A DNA stretch of 39,717 nt from an uncultured Candidatus Saccharibacteria bacterium (GCA_964435835.1 CAYSZX010000006.1:1-39717); one strand, 5' to 3'. Counted from the first letter of the stretch, positions 1 through 9,888 are shown. Notes: generated by a model not told the origin, from the sequence alone. Numbers and translations are program-made.

Positions 1-9
1 AATAAGAAG

Positions 10-54
10 ACCCTGAAATTTCTAAATCATTTAAACCCTGAAATTTCTAAATCA
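10..54. repeat. 20-bp perfect direct repeat (ACCCTGAAATTTCTAAATCA x2, period 25)
   Basis: Identical 20-mers at 10-29 and 35-54, directly upstream of TTGACA at 57-62. Confidence 0.9.
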
Positions 55-56
55 CA

Positions 57-85
57 TTGACAAACTTAAAAATAAGGTTTACAAA
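57..85 (+). promoter_or_regulatory. Possible sigma70 promoter for leuS
   Basis: TTGACA (57-62), 17 nt, then a weak -10 TACAAA (80-85). Confidence 0.35.
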
Positions 86-142
86 AAAAATAAGATGTGA
101 AATTATAGTAAATATGGAAAAACAAAGTTTTTTACTAAAAAA

Positions 143-2545
143 ATGCAATACAATCCTCAAAAAATAGAGCCAAAATGGCAAAAAGAATGGGAAAAGAAAG
201 GACTTTATGAGGCGAAAGACAACTTTTCAGCTGATAAGTACTATATTCTTGTCGAGTTTCCTTACCCATCAGGGGCTGGCCTTCACGTTGGTCATTGTAG
301 GAGTTATTCAGCTATGGATATTATCTCTAGGAAAAAGAGAATGGAAGGCTACAACGTTTTATTCCCAATAGGATGGGACGCCTTTGGTCTACCGACGGAG
401 AATTATGCTATTAAAACAGGAGTTCATCCTGAAAAAGTTACCGAAAAGAATGTAAATAATTTTAGGAAACAATTAAAAAGCTTAGGTCTTTCTTTTGATT
501 GGGGCAGAGAAATTAATACTACAGAGCCTGAATATTATAAATGGACTCAATGGATATTTTTAAAACTTTTAGAAAATGATTTGGCCTATCAAGATGAAAT
601 TCCAATTAATTGGTGTCCTTCTTGTAAAATTGGATTGGCTAATGAGGAGGTGATTGATGGTAAATGTGAAAGATGTGGAGAGGAGGTTGTTCAACGAGAA
701 CAAAAACAGTGGATGTTAAAAATAACTAAATATGCTGACAGATTAATAGAAGCTTTAGATAAGGTGAATTATTTAGATGAAATTAAGAAGCAACAGAAAG
801 AATGGATAGGAAGAAGTGAGGGAATAGAAATAGAATTTGATGTGGAGAACTTAACTGAAAGAGTTAGACTATTTACTACTAGGCCCGACACTATTTTTGG
901 GGTTACAGCCATTGTTTTGGCTCCTGGTCATGATTTAGTTGAAAAAGTTGTTAAAGAAGGACATTCTGAGAAAGTTAAAAAATATATTAAAGAATCTAAA
1001 AAGAAATCAGAATTTGAAAGAACTAAACTAGAAAAAGAAAAAACAGGAGTTTTTACTGGTAGTTATTGCATTAACCCTATTAGTAAGGAAAAAGTTCCTA
1101 TTTGGATTGGTGATTACGTTGTTGCTTCTTATGGCGGAGGAGCAGTAATGGTTGTTCCTGCTCATGACCAAAGAGATTACGAATTTGCTAAAGAATACGG
1201 AATAGAAATCAAAGAAGTTGTTAAGGGGAGAGATAGTAATTTAGAAAAAGAGGCTTATGTCGGAGAGGGAAAATTGATAAATTCGGAGAACTTTAGTGGA
1301 TTATCTTCTCAGGAAGCTAGAAAAAACATTACAAAATTTTTAAAAAAGAAAGAGAGAGGAAAAGAAGTAACAAAGTACAAGTTAAGAGATTGGGTTTTTT
1401 CACGCCAGCATTATTGGGGTGAACCAATACCAGTAGTCCATTGTGATAAATGCGGAGTTGTTCCTTTATCAGAAGATGATTTACCTTTAGAACTTCCCCA
1501 TATTGAAAAGTATGAACCTACTAATTCAGGAGAATCACCTTTAGCTAATATTGAAGACTGGGTCAATACCGAATGTCCTAAGTGTGGTGGTCCAGCTAAA
1601 AGAGAAACTGATACTATGCCTAATTGGGCTGGCTCTAATTGGTATTATATTAGATATTGTGATCCTGATAATAGTAAGGAATTGGCTAGCAAGAAAAAAA
1701 TGAAGTATTGGTTGCCGGTTGATTGTTACGACGGAGGGATGGAGCATGTAACTTTACACTTATTATATTCAAGGTTTATTTTTAAAGCTTTATTTGATTT
1801 TGGTGTTGTCCCTTATTCAGAACCTTATAAAAAGAGAACTGCTCACGGAATGATTTTAGCAGAAGGAGGAAAGAAAATGTCTAAATCAAAGGGGAATACT
1901 GTTAATCCTGATGATGTAGTTCAAAAATATGGAGCTGATACTTTAAGAGTTTATGAAATGTTTATGGGGCCCTTCGATCAGGCAATTGAATGGAGTGAAG
2001 ATGGTCTTAAAGGTGTTCATAGATTTCTTCATCGAGTTTGGTCTTTAGTAATGGACGTTTCATCTAATGAGAAAAGTAATAAAAGGTTTGTTAAGGAAAT
2101 CCACAGATTAAATAAAAAAATAGAGGAAGATATTGAAGAAATGAAATTTAATACAGCGATTGCTGCAGCTATGGAATTTATTAATTCTGCCCTTAAGAAT
2201 AAAGATAAAGTTGGCAAAGACGTAATGAAGAGATTTTTAATATTATTAGCCCCCTTTGCTCCTCATATGACAGAGGAATTGTGGGATTATTTAGGAGAAA
2301 AAGATTCTATTCATCAGCAAGAATGGCCTCAATATGATCCTAAATTAGTTAAAAAAGAGGAAATTACTTTAATCGTTCAGGTTAATGGCAAATTGAGAGA
2401 TAAATTTAAAGTTAAGGCTGGTATCTCTAAAGAAAAAGCCAAGGAATTGGTTTTAAAAAGAGAAAAAATTAAGGAAAGAATTAAAAACAAGGAGATTAAA
2501 AAGATTATTTTTGTTCCAAACGAATTAATTAATTTAGTTGTTTAG
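143..2545 (+). CDS. leuS: Leucine--tRNA ligase
   Basis: FPYPSGAGLHVGH (HIGH), KMSKS, editing domain TTRPDT...VPAHDQRD, C-terminal VQVNGKLR; 800 aa. Confidence 0.98.
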   Translation: MQYNPQKIEPKWQKEWEKKGLYEAKDNFSADKYYILVEFPYPSGAGLHVGHCRSYSAMDIISRKKRMEGYNVLFPIGWDAFGLPTENYAIKTGVHPEKVTEKNVNNFRKQLKSLGLSFDWGREINTTEPEYYKWTQWIFLKLLENDLAYQDEIPINWCPSCKIGLANEEVIDGKCERCGEEVVQREQKQWMLKITKYADRLIEALDKVNYLDEIKKQQKEWIGRSEGIEIEFDVENLTERVRLFTTRPDTIFGVTAIVLAPGHDLVEKVVKEGHSEKVKKYIKESKKKSEFERTKLEKEKTGVFTGSYCINPISKEKVPIWIGDYVVASYGGGAVMVVPAHDQRDYEFAKEYGIEIKEVVKGRDSNLEKEAYVGEGKLINSENFSGLSSQEARKNITKFLKKKERGKEVTKYKLRDWVFSRQHYWGEPIPVVHCDKCGVVPLSEDDLPLELPHIEKYEPTNSGESPLANIEDWVNTECPKCGGPAKRETDTMPNWAGSNWYYIRYCDPDNSKELASKKKMKYWLPVDCYDGGMEHVTLHLLYSRFIFKALFDFGVVPYSEPYKKRTAHGMILAEGGKKMSKSKGNTVNPDDVVQKYGADTLRVYEMFMGPFDQAIEWSEDGLKGVHRFLHRVWSLVMDVSSNEKSNKRFVKEIHRLNKKIEEDIEEMKFNTAIAAAMEFINSALKNKDKVGKDVMKRFLILLAPFAPHMTEELWDYLGEKDSIHQQEWPQYDPKLVKKEEITLIVQVNGKLRDKFKVKAGISKEKAKELVLKREKIKERIKNKEIKKIIFVPNELINLVV

Positions 2546-2548
2546 AAA

Positions 2549-4381
2549 ATGTGTGGAATAATAGGCTACATTGGTAAAAAGAAAGCTTCTCCAATTTTAT
2601 TATCTGGTCTGAAAAGATTAGAATATCGTGGCTACGATAGCTACGGTTTTTGTATTTTTAATGATAAAAATGAACCCTTTTTGTATAAAAAAGTAGGAAA
2701 AATATCGAACGGAGAAAGGGAATTTGCTGAGTTGGAAGTTGTCGGTAATTTGGGTTTGGGGCACACACGCTGGGCTACCACTGGCGCTATTACGCAGGAA
2801 AATGCTCATCCTCATTTTGATTGTGAAAAGAATATTTTTCTAGTTCATAATGGGATTATTGAAAATTATAAAGATTTAAAAAAGAAATTAATTAGTGAGG
2901 GACATAAATTTACTTCTGAAACAGATACCGAGGTAATAGCTCATTTGATCGAGAAGTTTTTTGAAGGAAATTTAGAGAAGGCTGTTATTAAGGCTTTAAA
3001 GTTGGTTGAGGGAGCTTATGCTTTGGCTGTTGTCAGTAAAAAAGATCCTCAAAAAATAGTAGTAGCTAGAAATTCTTCTCCTCTTTTGATTGGCTTAGGA
3101 GAAGAAGAATACATTATTGCTTCTGATCCAGTTGCAGTAATGAGTAGAACTAAAAAAGTTATTTATTTGGACAATAAAGAAATTGCTATTTTAACTCCTA
3201 GTGATTGTTCGGTTATGGATGCTAATTATATTCCTAAAGAAAAAATTATTAAAGAAATAGAATGGGACTTAGAAGAAGCTCAAAAAGGAGGCTATGGCCA
3301 TTTCATGTTAAAAGAAATAATGGAAGAACCGGAAACCATTAAAAACGCTTTTCGGGGAAGGATTATTCCTAAAGAAGGGTTAGCTAAATTAGGGGGATTA
3401 GAAAGTGTTGAATCTAGATTGAAAAATATTGAAAAAATAATTTTAGTAGGATGTGGTACTTCTTATTTTGCTGCTCAAATTGGAAGATATATGTTAGAAG
3501 AACAAGCTGGTATTTCTTGCCAAGTTGGATTAGGTTCAGAATTTCGTTATCGCAACCCAGTAGTTGATAGCGATAAAACAGCCGCCGTTTTTATTTCTCA
3601 GTCAGGAGAAACGGCTGATACTTTAGCCTGTTTAAGAGAGTTAAAAAGAAAAGGGGTGTTATGTTTAGGAATTACTAATGTAGTTGGTTCTTCCCAGGCC
3701 AGAGAAACAGAAGCTGGTGTTTATACTCGTTCTGGCCCCGAAATTGCTGTTGCCTCAACAAAGGCTTTCTTGGGACAATTAACCGTTTTATCTTTATTGA
3801 CTCTTTATTTGGGGAGAATGAGAGAGATGAGCTTATTAGAAGGCAAGGAGATAATTAATGAATTAGAGAAATTACCTGCTTTAGCTGAAGATATTTTAGA
3901 AACGACTCCTAAAATTAAAAAATTAGCTAAAAAGTATAAAGATTTTAAGAATTTCTTTTATCTTGGAAGAAAATATAATTCTTTTATTGCTTCAGAGGGT
4001 GCTTTAAAACTAAAAGAAATTGCCTATCTACACGCCGAAGGATTGCCCGGAGGAGAAATTAAACATGGTCCTTTAGCTTTAATTGATAAAAACGTTCCTA
4101 CGGTTGCAATTTGTCCTTCAAGTTCGGTTTATGAGAAAATGTTGGCTAATATAGAAGAAATTAAAGTTAGAGATGGCCCTATTATTACTGTAGCCACTCA
4201 AGGTAATAAGAGAATTAAGAAAATATCGGATGATGTAATTTATATTCCTCAAACAATAGAAATGTTAAATCCAATTTTATCAGTTATCCCTCTTCACTTG
4301 TTTTCGTATTACATTGCGTCCATTTTAGGTTATAATATAGACAAGCCAAAACACTTGGCTAAATCAGTTACTGTAGAATAA
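2549..4381 (+). CDS. glmS: Glutamine--fructose-6-phosphate aminotransferase
   Basis: MCGIIG N-terminus, LEYRGYDS, GHTRWAT, SQSGETADT, C-terminal LAKSVTVE. Confidence 0.98.
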   Translation: MCGIIGYIGKKKASPILLSGLKRLEYRGYDSYGFCIFNDKNEPFLYKKVGKISNGEREFAELEVVGNLGLGHTRWATTGAITQENAHPHFDCEKNIFLVHNGIIENYKDLKKKLISEGHKFTSETDTEVIAHLIEKFFEGNLEKAVIKALKLVEGAYALAVVSKKDPQKIVVARNSSPLLIGLGEEEYIIASDPVAVMSRTKKVIYLDNKEIAILTPSDCSVMDANYIPKEKIIKEIEWDLEEAQKGGYGHFMLKEIMEEPETIKNAFRGRIIPKEGLAKLGGLESVESRLKNIEKIILVGCGTSYFAAQIGRYMLEEQAGISCQVGLGSEFRYRNPVVDSDKTAAVFISQSGETADTLACLRELKRKGVLCLGITNVVGSSQARETEAGVYTRSGPEIAVASTKAFLGQLTVLSLLTLYLGRMREMSLLEGKEIINELEKLPALAEDILETTPKIKKLAKKYKDFKNFFYLGRKYNSFIASEGALKLKEIAYLHAEGLPGGEIKHGPLALIDKNVPTVAICPSSSVYEKMLANIEEIKVRDGPIITVATQGNKRIKKISDDVIYIPQTIEMLNPILSVIPLHLFSYYIASILGYNIDKPKHLAKSVTVE

Positions 4382-4404
4382 ATTAATTAAAATAATATAA
4401 AAAT

Positions 4405-6042
4405 ATGCAGAAAACAATCTTAATTGGAGGAAAAGCAGGACATGGGACCGCTTTTACTTCTCACCTTATCGGAAAGATTTTTTGTTCGTTAGGTTATTAT
4501 GTGTTTAATTATCGTGATTATCCCTCTCTGATAAGAGGAGGTCATAATTTTAATGTTTTGAAAATATCTGATAAGCCTGTTTATTCTCATGATAATGAAT
4601 ATGATATTATTATTGCTTTTGACCAAGAAACTATCGATAAGCATAAAAAAGAATTAAAGTCAGGCGGCTTTATTCTAGGAGCAAAAGGGTTGAAAGGTAA
4701 AAAGATTGAAAAAGTTGATGTTGATTCTATTTTAGAAAAATTAGACGCTCCTGAAATAATGGAAAACAATATTTTATTAGGGTGGTTATTCAAATATTTC
4801 GGAGTTGATAAGAATGTTTTATTTAAACAATTAAAGAAAAAGTTTAAAGGGGATAAATTTGATTTAGTCGAAAAGGCAGTTAATGAAGGTTACAAACTAA
4901 CTGAAAAAGAAGAAGATATTAAAAAGATAGGTTCTCCCAAGTACTTTATTTCTGGTAGTAAGGGGGTTGGAGTTGGTGCCCTGAACGCCGGGATTGATGC
5001 TTATATTGCATATCCAATGACACCGGCTACTCCCGTCTTGCACTATTTGGCTGGAAAGCAAAAAGAGCACAATTTCTTAGTTTTACAAACTGAAAATGAA
5101 ATAGGGGTAGTTAATGCAGCTATGGGTTCTTCTTTTACTGGAGCTAAAACAATGGTTGGAACTTCTGGAGGTGGTTTTGCTTTGATGTCTGAAACCTTAA
5201 GTATGGCTGGCATTTCTGAAATTCCGTTAGTTGCCTATTTAGCTCAAAGAACCGGTCCTGCTTCCGGGGTGCCTACTTATACTACTCAAGGAGATTTAAA
5301 AATGGCCATTAATGCCGGTCACGGGGAATTTTTGAGAATTGTTGTTGCTCCTGGAGATGCTCAGGAAGCTATTATTAGAACAGAGGAAGCTTTTTATCTT
5401 TCTTTGAAGTATAGAACTTTGGTTGTCCTGGTTACCGATAAGCATGTGGCTGAAAGTGATTACTCCTTTGATGAATTAAAAACCTCTAATGTTGATAATC
5501 AGAGATTTATTGCTGATAAAGTATCTGAAAATTATAAAAGTTATAAATTTACCAAGAATGGAATTTCTCCAAGAGCAGTTCCTGGTCAGGGACCTGCGGT
5601 AAGAGCTAGTAGTTATGAGCATGACGAATATGGTTATACTACCGAAGATCCGGAAATGATTGTTAAAATGAATGATAAAAGAATGAAAAAAGAAGAATTT
5701 ATTAGAAAGGAGATTAAAAAATTAAAGCCTGCTTCTGTTTACGGAAAAGGCGATAATTTGATTGTTGGCTGGGGTTCTACTAAGGGAGCTATTTTAGATT
5801 CTTTATCGGAACTTGAAAATTTTAGATTCTTACAAATTTCTTATATTTCTCCTTTTCCTAAAGAAATTGTTAAAAAGGAAATTAAAAAATCTAAGCAGGT
5901 GTTTTTAGTTGAAAACAACGCTACAGGTTTATTAGGAGATATTATTAGAGAACAAACAGGTCTTAAGATAGATAAAAAGATTTTGAAGTATGATGCTCGA
6001 CCTTTTGTTCCAAGTGATATAATAAATAAAATAAAGAAATAA
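4405..6042 (+). CDS. korA: 2-oxoacid:ferredoxin oxidoreductase alpha subunit (fused gamma domain)
   Basis: GGKAGHG, YPSLIRGGHN, YPMTP, TSGGGFALM, QRTGPASG. Substrate specificity cannot be determined from sequence. Confidence 0.9.
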   Translation: MQKTILIGGKAGHGTAFTSHLIGKIFCSLGYYVFNYRDYPSLIRGGHNFNVLKISDKPVYSHDNEYDIIIAFDQETIDKHKKELKSGGFILGAKGLKGKKIEKVDVDSILEKLDAPEIMENNILLGWLFKYFGVDKNVLFKQLKKKFKGDKFDLVEKAVNEGYKLTEKEEDIKKIGSPKYFISGSKGVGVGALNAGIDAYIAYPMTPATPVLHYLAGKQKEHNFLVLQTENEIGVVNAAMGSSFTGAKTMVGTSGGGFALMSETLSMAGISEIPLVAYLAQRTGPASGVPTYTTQGDLKMAINAGHGEFLRIVVAPGDAQEAIIRTEEAFYLSLKYRTLVVLVTDKHVAESDYSFDELKTSNVDNQRFIADKVSENYKSYKFTKNGISPRAVPGQGPAVRASSYEHDEYGYTTEDPEMIVKMNDKRMKKEEFIRKEIKKLKPASVYGKGDNLIVGWGSTKGAILDSLSELENFRFLQISYISPFPKEIVKKEIKKSKQVFLVENNATGLLGDIIREQTGLKIDKKILKYDARPFVPSDIINKIKK

Positions 6043-6047
6043 AAAAT

Positions 6048-6917
6048 ATGGAGCTTAAAGATATACAAACAAAAGAAACAAATACTTGGTGTCCTGGCTG
6101 TACTAATATGGCTATTTTAAGAGCTGTCCAGGAAACTTTAGTTGACTTAATTAACAAAGGAAAGATTAAAAAGAAAAATATTGCTACTGCTTGTGATATT
6201 GGTTGTCACGCTAAAATATTTGATTATTTAGATGTCGGTGGCTTTTATGGTGTTCATGGGCGAACTATTCCTTTGTGTTTTGGAATGAAAGCTGGTAATC
6301 CTGATTTGACTGTTCTTGGCTTTGCTGGAGACGGAGGAACTTATGGTGAAGGAATTTCTCATTTAATTCATAATTGTCGTTTTAATGCTGACTTTACAAT
6401 GATAGTAGCTAACAACAAAACTTTTGCTTTAACAACCGGACAAGCAACTCCTACTTCAGCTAAGGGTTATAAGGGGGCTTCTACCCCATTAGGAGTTAAA
6501 GAGAAACCCTTGAATCCAATTACTCTTGCTTTGGTTAGTGGAGCTAGCTTTATAGCGAGAGGGAACGCTTTAGATCCTGAGCAGTTAAAAGATATTCTTA
6601 AGCAAGCTATTCAGCATAAAGGGTTTTCTTTTATCGACATATTACAACCCTGTATTACCTTTAATAATTTTGCTGCCTATCTTCAGAATAATAGCTATAG
6701 ATTAGATGAAAATTATGAAATTGATAATTATGAAAAAGCCTTAGAAAAAGCTCAGGAATGGGACTATTCTTTAGCACAGGACATGAAGATAGCAACGGGT
6801 GTTTTTTATAAAAAGGAAAGGCCTACTTTTAAAGAACAGTGGCCTCAATATAAAAAAGCTTGGTACAAGGTCGATAGAGCAATAAAAACAAAAGAAAACA
6901 TAAAAGAATTTGTTTAA
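6048..6917 (+). CDS. korB: 2-oxoacid:ferredoxin oxidoreductase beta subunit (TPP-binding)
   Basis: WCPGC, DIGC, HGR, GDG TPP motif, LTTGQATPT, QPC. Confidence 0.9.
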   Translation: MELKDIQTKETNTWCPGCTNMAILRAVQETLVDLINKGKIKKKNIATACDIGCHAKIFDYLDVGGFYGVHGRTIPLCFGMKAGNPDLTVLGFAGDGGTYGEGISHLIHNCRFNADFTMIVANNKTFALTTGQATPTSAKGYKGASTPLGVKEKPLNPITLALVSGASFIARGNALDPEQLKDILKQAIQHKGFSFIDILQPCITFNNFAAYLQNNSYRLDENYEIDNYEKALEKAQEWDYSLAQDMKIATGVFYKKERPTFKEQWPQYKKAWYKVDRAIKTKENIKEFV

Positions 6918-6918
6918 T

Positions 6919-7383
6919 ATGAAAAGTGAAACATTTAATATTGGAAAAGAAAAAGCAAAAGAAAAAGAAAAATGTCCTTTTTCTTCAGAAGAAATAATAA
7001 GAATGTTAAAAGATCAAAACGTCATCAAGAGAGAGTTTGCAAAAAAAAGATCGCCGATGGATGCGTCTGAGTCTATGGATCTTGCTCAAAAAGATCTCAC
7101 AGATCGTTTTATGAAAAAGTTTTATAAAGAGTGGGGCGCTGCCATTGAAAAATTAAAAAGACCTGGAAGCGAAAATGATTATAAAAACGTCTTTATGAAG
7201 AACTTTAGCAATTTTGACTTAATCCAAAAGGAAGTCTTAATTAACTTGATAACAAAAGGAAAACAAATAAAAGCCGAGGGTGATAAGATATTCTTGTTGG
7301 CTAAAGATAAAAAGAACAGAAAAATTAAGTTTTCTGTTGATGGGGGAGAGATTAAAGCAGAAGTTGTTACTTCTTCTGGTTAA
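6919..7383 (+). CDS. Hypothetical protein (~154 aa)
   Basis: Open frame with ATG 1 nt after the korB stop (the ORF track starts at TTG 6910); no recognisable motif. Confidence 0.65.
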   Translation: MKSETFNIGKEKAKEKEKCPFSSEEIIRMLKDQNVIKREFAKKRSPMDASESMDLAQKDLTDRFMKKFYKEWGAAIEKLKRPGSENDYKNVFMKNFSNFDLIQKEVLINLITKGKQIKAEGDKIFLLAKDKKNRKIKFSVDGGEIKAEVVTSSG

Positions 7384-7413
7384 AAGAAATAGAGAAGATT
7401 AAGATTCTAAAAT

Positions 7414-7441
7414 AAAAAAGAAACAAGTTGTTTCTTTTTTT
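7414..7441. terminator. Probable bidirectional intrinsic terminator
   Basis: AAAAAAGAAACAA-G-TTGTTTCTTTTTT inverted repeat with A/T tracts, between convergent genes. Confidence 0.6.
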
Positions 7442-7463
7442 GATTGATTTTTTAATTGTTCTT

Positions 7464-8726
7464 TTAGACCCTTTTGATGTCGGCTCCCAATTTTCTTAAT
7501 TTTTTATCAAGATCTTCATGTCCTCTATCTACTTGGTAAACATTACTAATAGAGCTTCTACCCTTAGCTATCAATTGGGCAAGAATTAAAGCTACTCCTC
7601 CTCGAATGTCGGGTGCTTTTATTCTGTTTGCTTTCAACTTTGTTTTCCCAAAAATTAAAGCTCTATGAGGATCTGTTATTTCAATGTCGCTTCCCATTTT
7701 TCTTAATTCGTGCATATGATTAAAACGATTTTCATACAAAGGATCATGAATTAAAGATTTTCCTTTTACTTGAGTTAGTAAGGTTGAAACTTGGGGCTGT
7801 AAATCAGTAGGGAATCCGGGATAGGGAAGAACTTGAATTTTAGCAGGCTTTAGTTTTTTAGATTTTTTAACAGTAATAGTATCGCCCTTGAGTTTAAAAT
7901 TAATACCTATTTCCCTCATTTTCTTTAAGAATAAAGATAGATAGTCAGCATTAACATTTTTAATAATTCCTTCTCCTCTCGTAGCTGCAAAAGCTATTAA
8001 AAACGTTCCTGCTTCTGTTGGGTCATAACAAATAGAGAATTCAGTTCCTTTAAGTTTTTGTTTCCCTTTGATTTTAATAATGTGGGTACCTGCTCCTTCT
8101 ACTTGGGCCCCCATCTTTTTTAAGAAATTACCTAAATCTTGAATTTGTGGTTCAGCAGCTGCAATTTCAATCTTGGTTTCCCCTTTAGCTTTACTAGCTA
8201 ACATCATTACGTTTTCTGTAGCTGTTACAGAAAACTCATCTAAAACTATTTTTCTTCCTTTTATATTTTTTGGAGCTTCAAAAACATAAAATCCGTTTAT
8301 TTTTTTAACTGTGACCCCAAAATTTTCAAAAGCTTTTAAATGAGTGGTAATAGGTCTGATTCCTATTTTGTCTCCTCCTGGATGAGCTACTTTAAATTTT
8401 CTGAATCTAGCTAAAAGAGGCCCTACTAATAATACTGAAACTCTCATTTTCTCAAAAGTATCGGTGGGGATTTTGGTAGGGTCTATATTCTTTGGTTTTA
8501 TTTTTAATTTGTGAGGGGTTAACCATTCTATTTCTGCCCCCATTTTTTTTAGAATTTCAATTAAATTCAGAACATCTAAACAGCGAGGAAGGTTTCCGAT
8601 AATAGAAGGCTCTTCCGACAGTAAAGAAGCTGCTAATATAGCTCCTGCTGAGTTTTTATAGCCTGACATCTCAACAGTTCCTTTAAGTGGATTACCTCCT
8701 TTAATTATGAATCTTTTCTTGGTCAT
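7464..8726 (-). CDS. murA: UDP-N-acetylglucosamine 1-carboxyvinyltransferase (Cys-to-Asp variant)
   Basis: SGYKNS, MRVSVL, PGGDKIGIRP, SVTATEN, PYPGFPTDLQ, YENRF, DIRGG. Confidence 0.96.
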   Translation of the reverse strand: MTKKRFIIKGGNPLKGTVEMSGYKNSAGAILAASLLSEEPSIIGNLPRCLDVLNLIEILKKMGAEIEWLTPHKLKIKPKNIDPTKIPTDTFEKMRVSVLLVGPLLARFRKFKVAHPGGDKIGIRPITTHLKAFENFGVTVKKINGFYVFEAPKNIKGRKIVLDEFSVTATENVMMLASKAKGETKIEIAAAEPQIQDLGNFLKKMGAQVEGAGTHIIKIKGKQKLKGTEFSICYDPTEAGTFLIAFAATRGEGIIKNVNADYLSLFLKKMREIGINFKLKGDTITVKKSKKLKPAKIQVLPYPGFPTDLQPQVSTLLTQVKGKSLIHDPLYENRFNHMHELRKMGSDIEITDPHRALIFGKTKLKANRIKAPDIRGGVALILAQLIAKGRSSISNVYQVDRGHEDLDKKLRKLGADIKRV

Positions 8727-8734
8727 GATTTCCT

Positions 8735-8763
8735 ATTATGAAGTAAACTTATTGTTTTGGCAA
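8735..8763 (-). promoter_or_regulatory. sigma70-like promoter for murA
   Basis: Minus strand TTGCCA-17 nt-CATAAT, ending 8 nt before the ATG. Confidence 0.6.
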
Positions 8764-8783
8764 GTTAATAGAATTGTTGAGAA

Positions 8784-8820
8784 TAAAAAAAGCTTCATTT
8801 TTATTTTTAAAAATGAAGTT
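8784..8820 (-). terminator. Intrinsic terminator after the small Cys-rich ORF
   Basis: 11-bp perfect stem CTTCATTTTTA/TAAAAATGAAG (8793-8818) with a 4-nt loop, followed by a U-tract on the minus strand. Confidence 0.6.
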
Positions 8821-8825
8821 CTATT

Positions 8826-9041
8826 TTATTTTTTGAACCTCCAGCAACGAATACAAAAGCAAGGATAGTTCAGGTTTCTCATGTGCATGGGTGGGTTCCA
8901 CCATGCACATTTGCCCAGAAGGTAACATCTACCCACTGGGTAGTCTTCTTCCTCCTTCTTTTCTTCTTTCTTTTTTTTCAGAAGAATTATTCTTACCCCC
9001 CCTGTTCCTTCCATCCATTCTTTTTTGATTTTTTCTGTCAT
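8826..9041 (-). CDS. Small Cys-rich hypothetical protein (71 aa)
   Basis: ORF bracketed by its own promoter-like and terminator-like signals; C-terminal C-x5-C...C-x-C-x2-C. Confidence 0.6.
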   Translation of the reverse strand: MTEKIKKEWMEGTGGVRIILLKKKKEEKKEEEDYPVGRCYLLGKCAWWNPPMHMRNLNYPCFCIRCWRFKK

Positions 9042-9071
9042 TTTATTAAGTTTTTAATTTGTGCTGTTTAA

Positions 9072-9100
9072 ATCTTATAATTTTATCTTTGCTTAGTCAA
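9072..9100 (-). promoter_or_regulatory. sigma70-like promoter for the small ORF
   Basis: Minus strand TTGACT-17 nt-TAAGAT. Confidence 0.6.
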
Positions 9101-9150
9101 CTTATTATTTAAGACTTTAATTTTTTTTAAAAAAATAGTATTGTCAAAAT

Positions 9151-9888
9151 ATGATAAAGAAAGTAGTAATTGCAGCTGCAGGTAGAGGAACTAGAATGCT
9201 TGATTTATCTAAAAATAAGCCAAAGCACTTAATTGAAGTCTGTGGCCATCCTTTTTTGTATTATTTATTAAATAATCTTTTAGAGGCTGGTTATGAGGAA
9301 TTGATTTTAGTTGTTGGTTATAAAAATGAAAAAATAAAAGAATATTTAAAAAGTTATAAATATAAGGATAAAGTAACTCTTGTTAATCAATTTGATATTC
9401 TTGGGGAAAATGAATATGGGACTGCTTGTGTTGTTAAATGTTTAGAAGAAAAACTTGAAAGAAGTTCTTTTCTGATGGTTTATGGTGATAACCTTTATTC
9501 CATTGAAGATTTAAGAAGTTTTAGAGACATTAACAATAACTATAGCTATGTGGCGGGCCTGATTCATGATCATCCAGAAAAATATGGTGTTTTAAAACAT
9601 AAAAATGGTTTATTGAAGCAGATTATTGAAAAACCTAAAGAGAATATTGGTAATTTAATTAATGTCGGTTTATATAGTTTTACTCCTGAAGTTTTTGATA
9701 AGGTTAAAGTCATTCAAGAGTCAGAAAGAGGAGAATATGAAATTACAGACGCAATTAACCTTTTAGCTCAAGAAAATAAAGTTAAAACAAAAAAAATTAA
9801 AGATTATTGGTTAGATTTTGGAAACCCTTCTGATATTAAGAAGGTTTCTTCTTTTTTAAAGAGTAAAAAACATAACATTGATTTCTAA
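9151..9888 (+). CDS. Sugar-phosphate nucleotidyltransferase (resembles the N-terminal domain of archaeal-type GlmU)
   Basis: IAAAGRGTRM..L....PK, YGD, YGV, EKP, SERGEYEITDAI, WLDFG; no beta-helix domain. Confidence 0.88.
   Translation: MIKKVVIAAAGRGTRMLDLSKNKPKHLIEVCGHPFLYYLLNNLLEAGYEELILVVGYKNEKIKEYLKSYKYKDKVTLVNQFDILGENEYGTACVVKCLEEKLERSSFLMVYGDNLYSIEDLRSFRDINNNYSYVAGLIHDHPEKYGVLKHKNGLLKQIIEKPKENIGNLINVGLYSFTPEVFDKVKVIQESERGEYEITDAINLLAQENKVKTKKIKDYWLDFGNPSDIKKVSSFLKSKKHNIDF

Noticed and set aside
10-54. CRISPR array
   Set aside because: Only two 20-bp units separated by 5 bp; no spacers and no cas genes.
1-2549. T-box leader for leuS or glmS ribozyme
   Set aside because: No T-box motif in the 142 nt before leuS, and glmS starts 3 nt after the leuS stop, leaving no room for a ribozyme.
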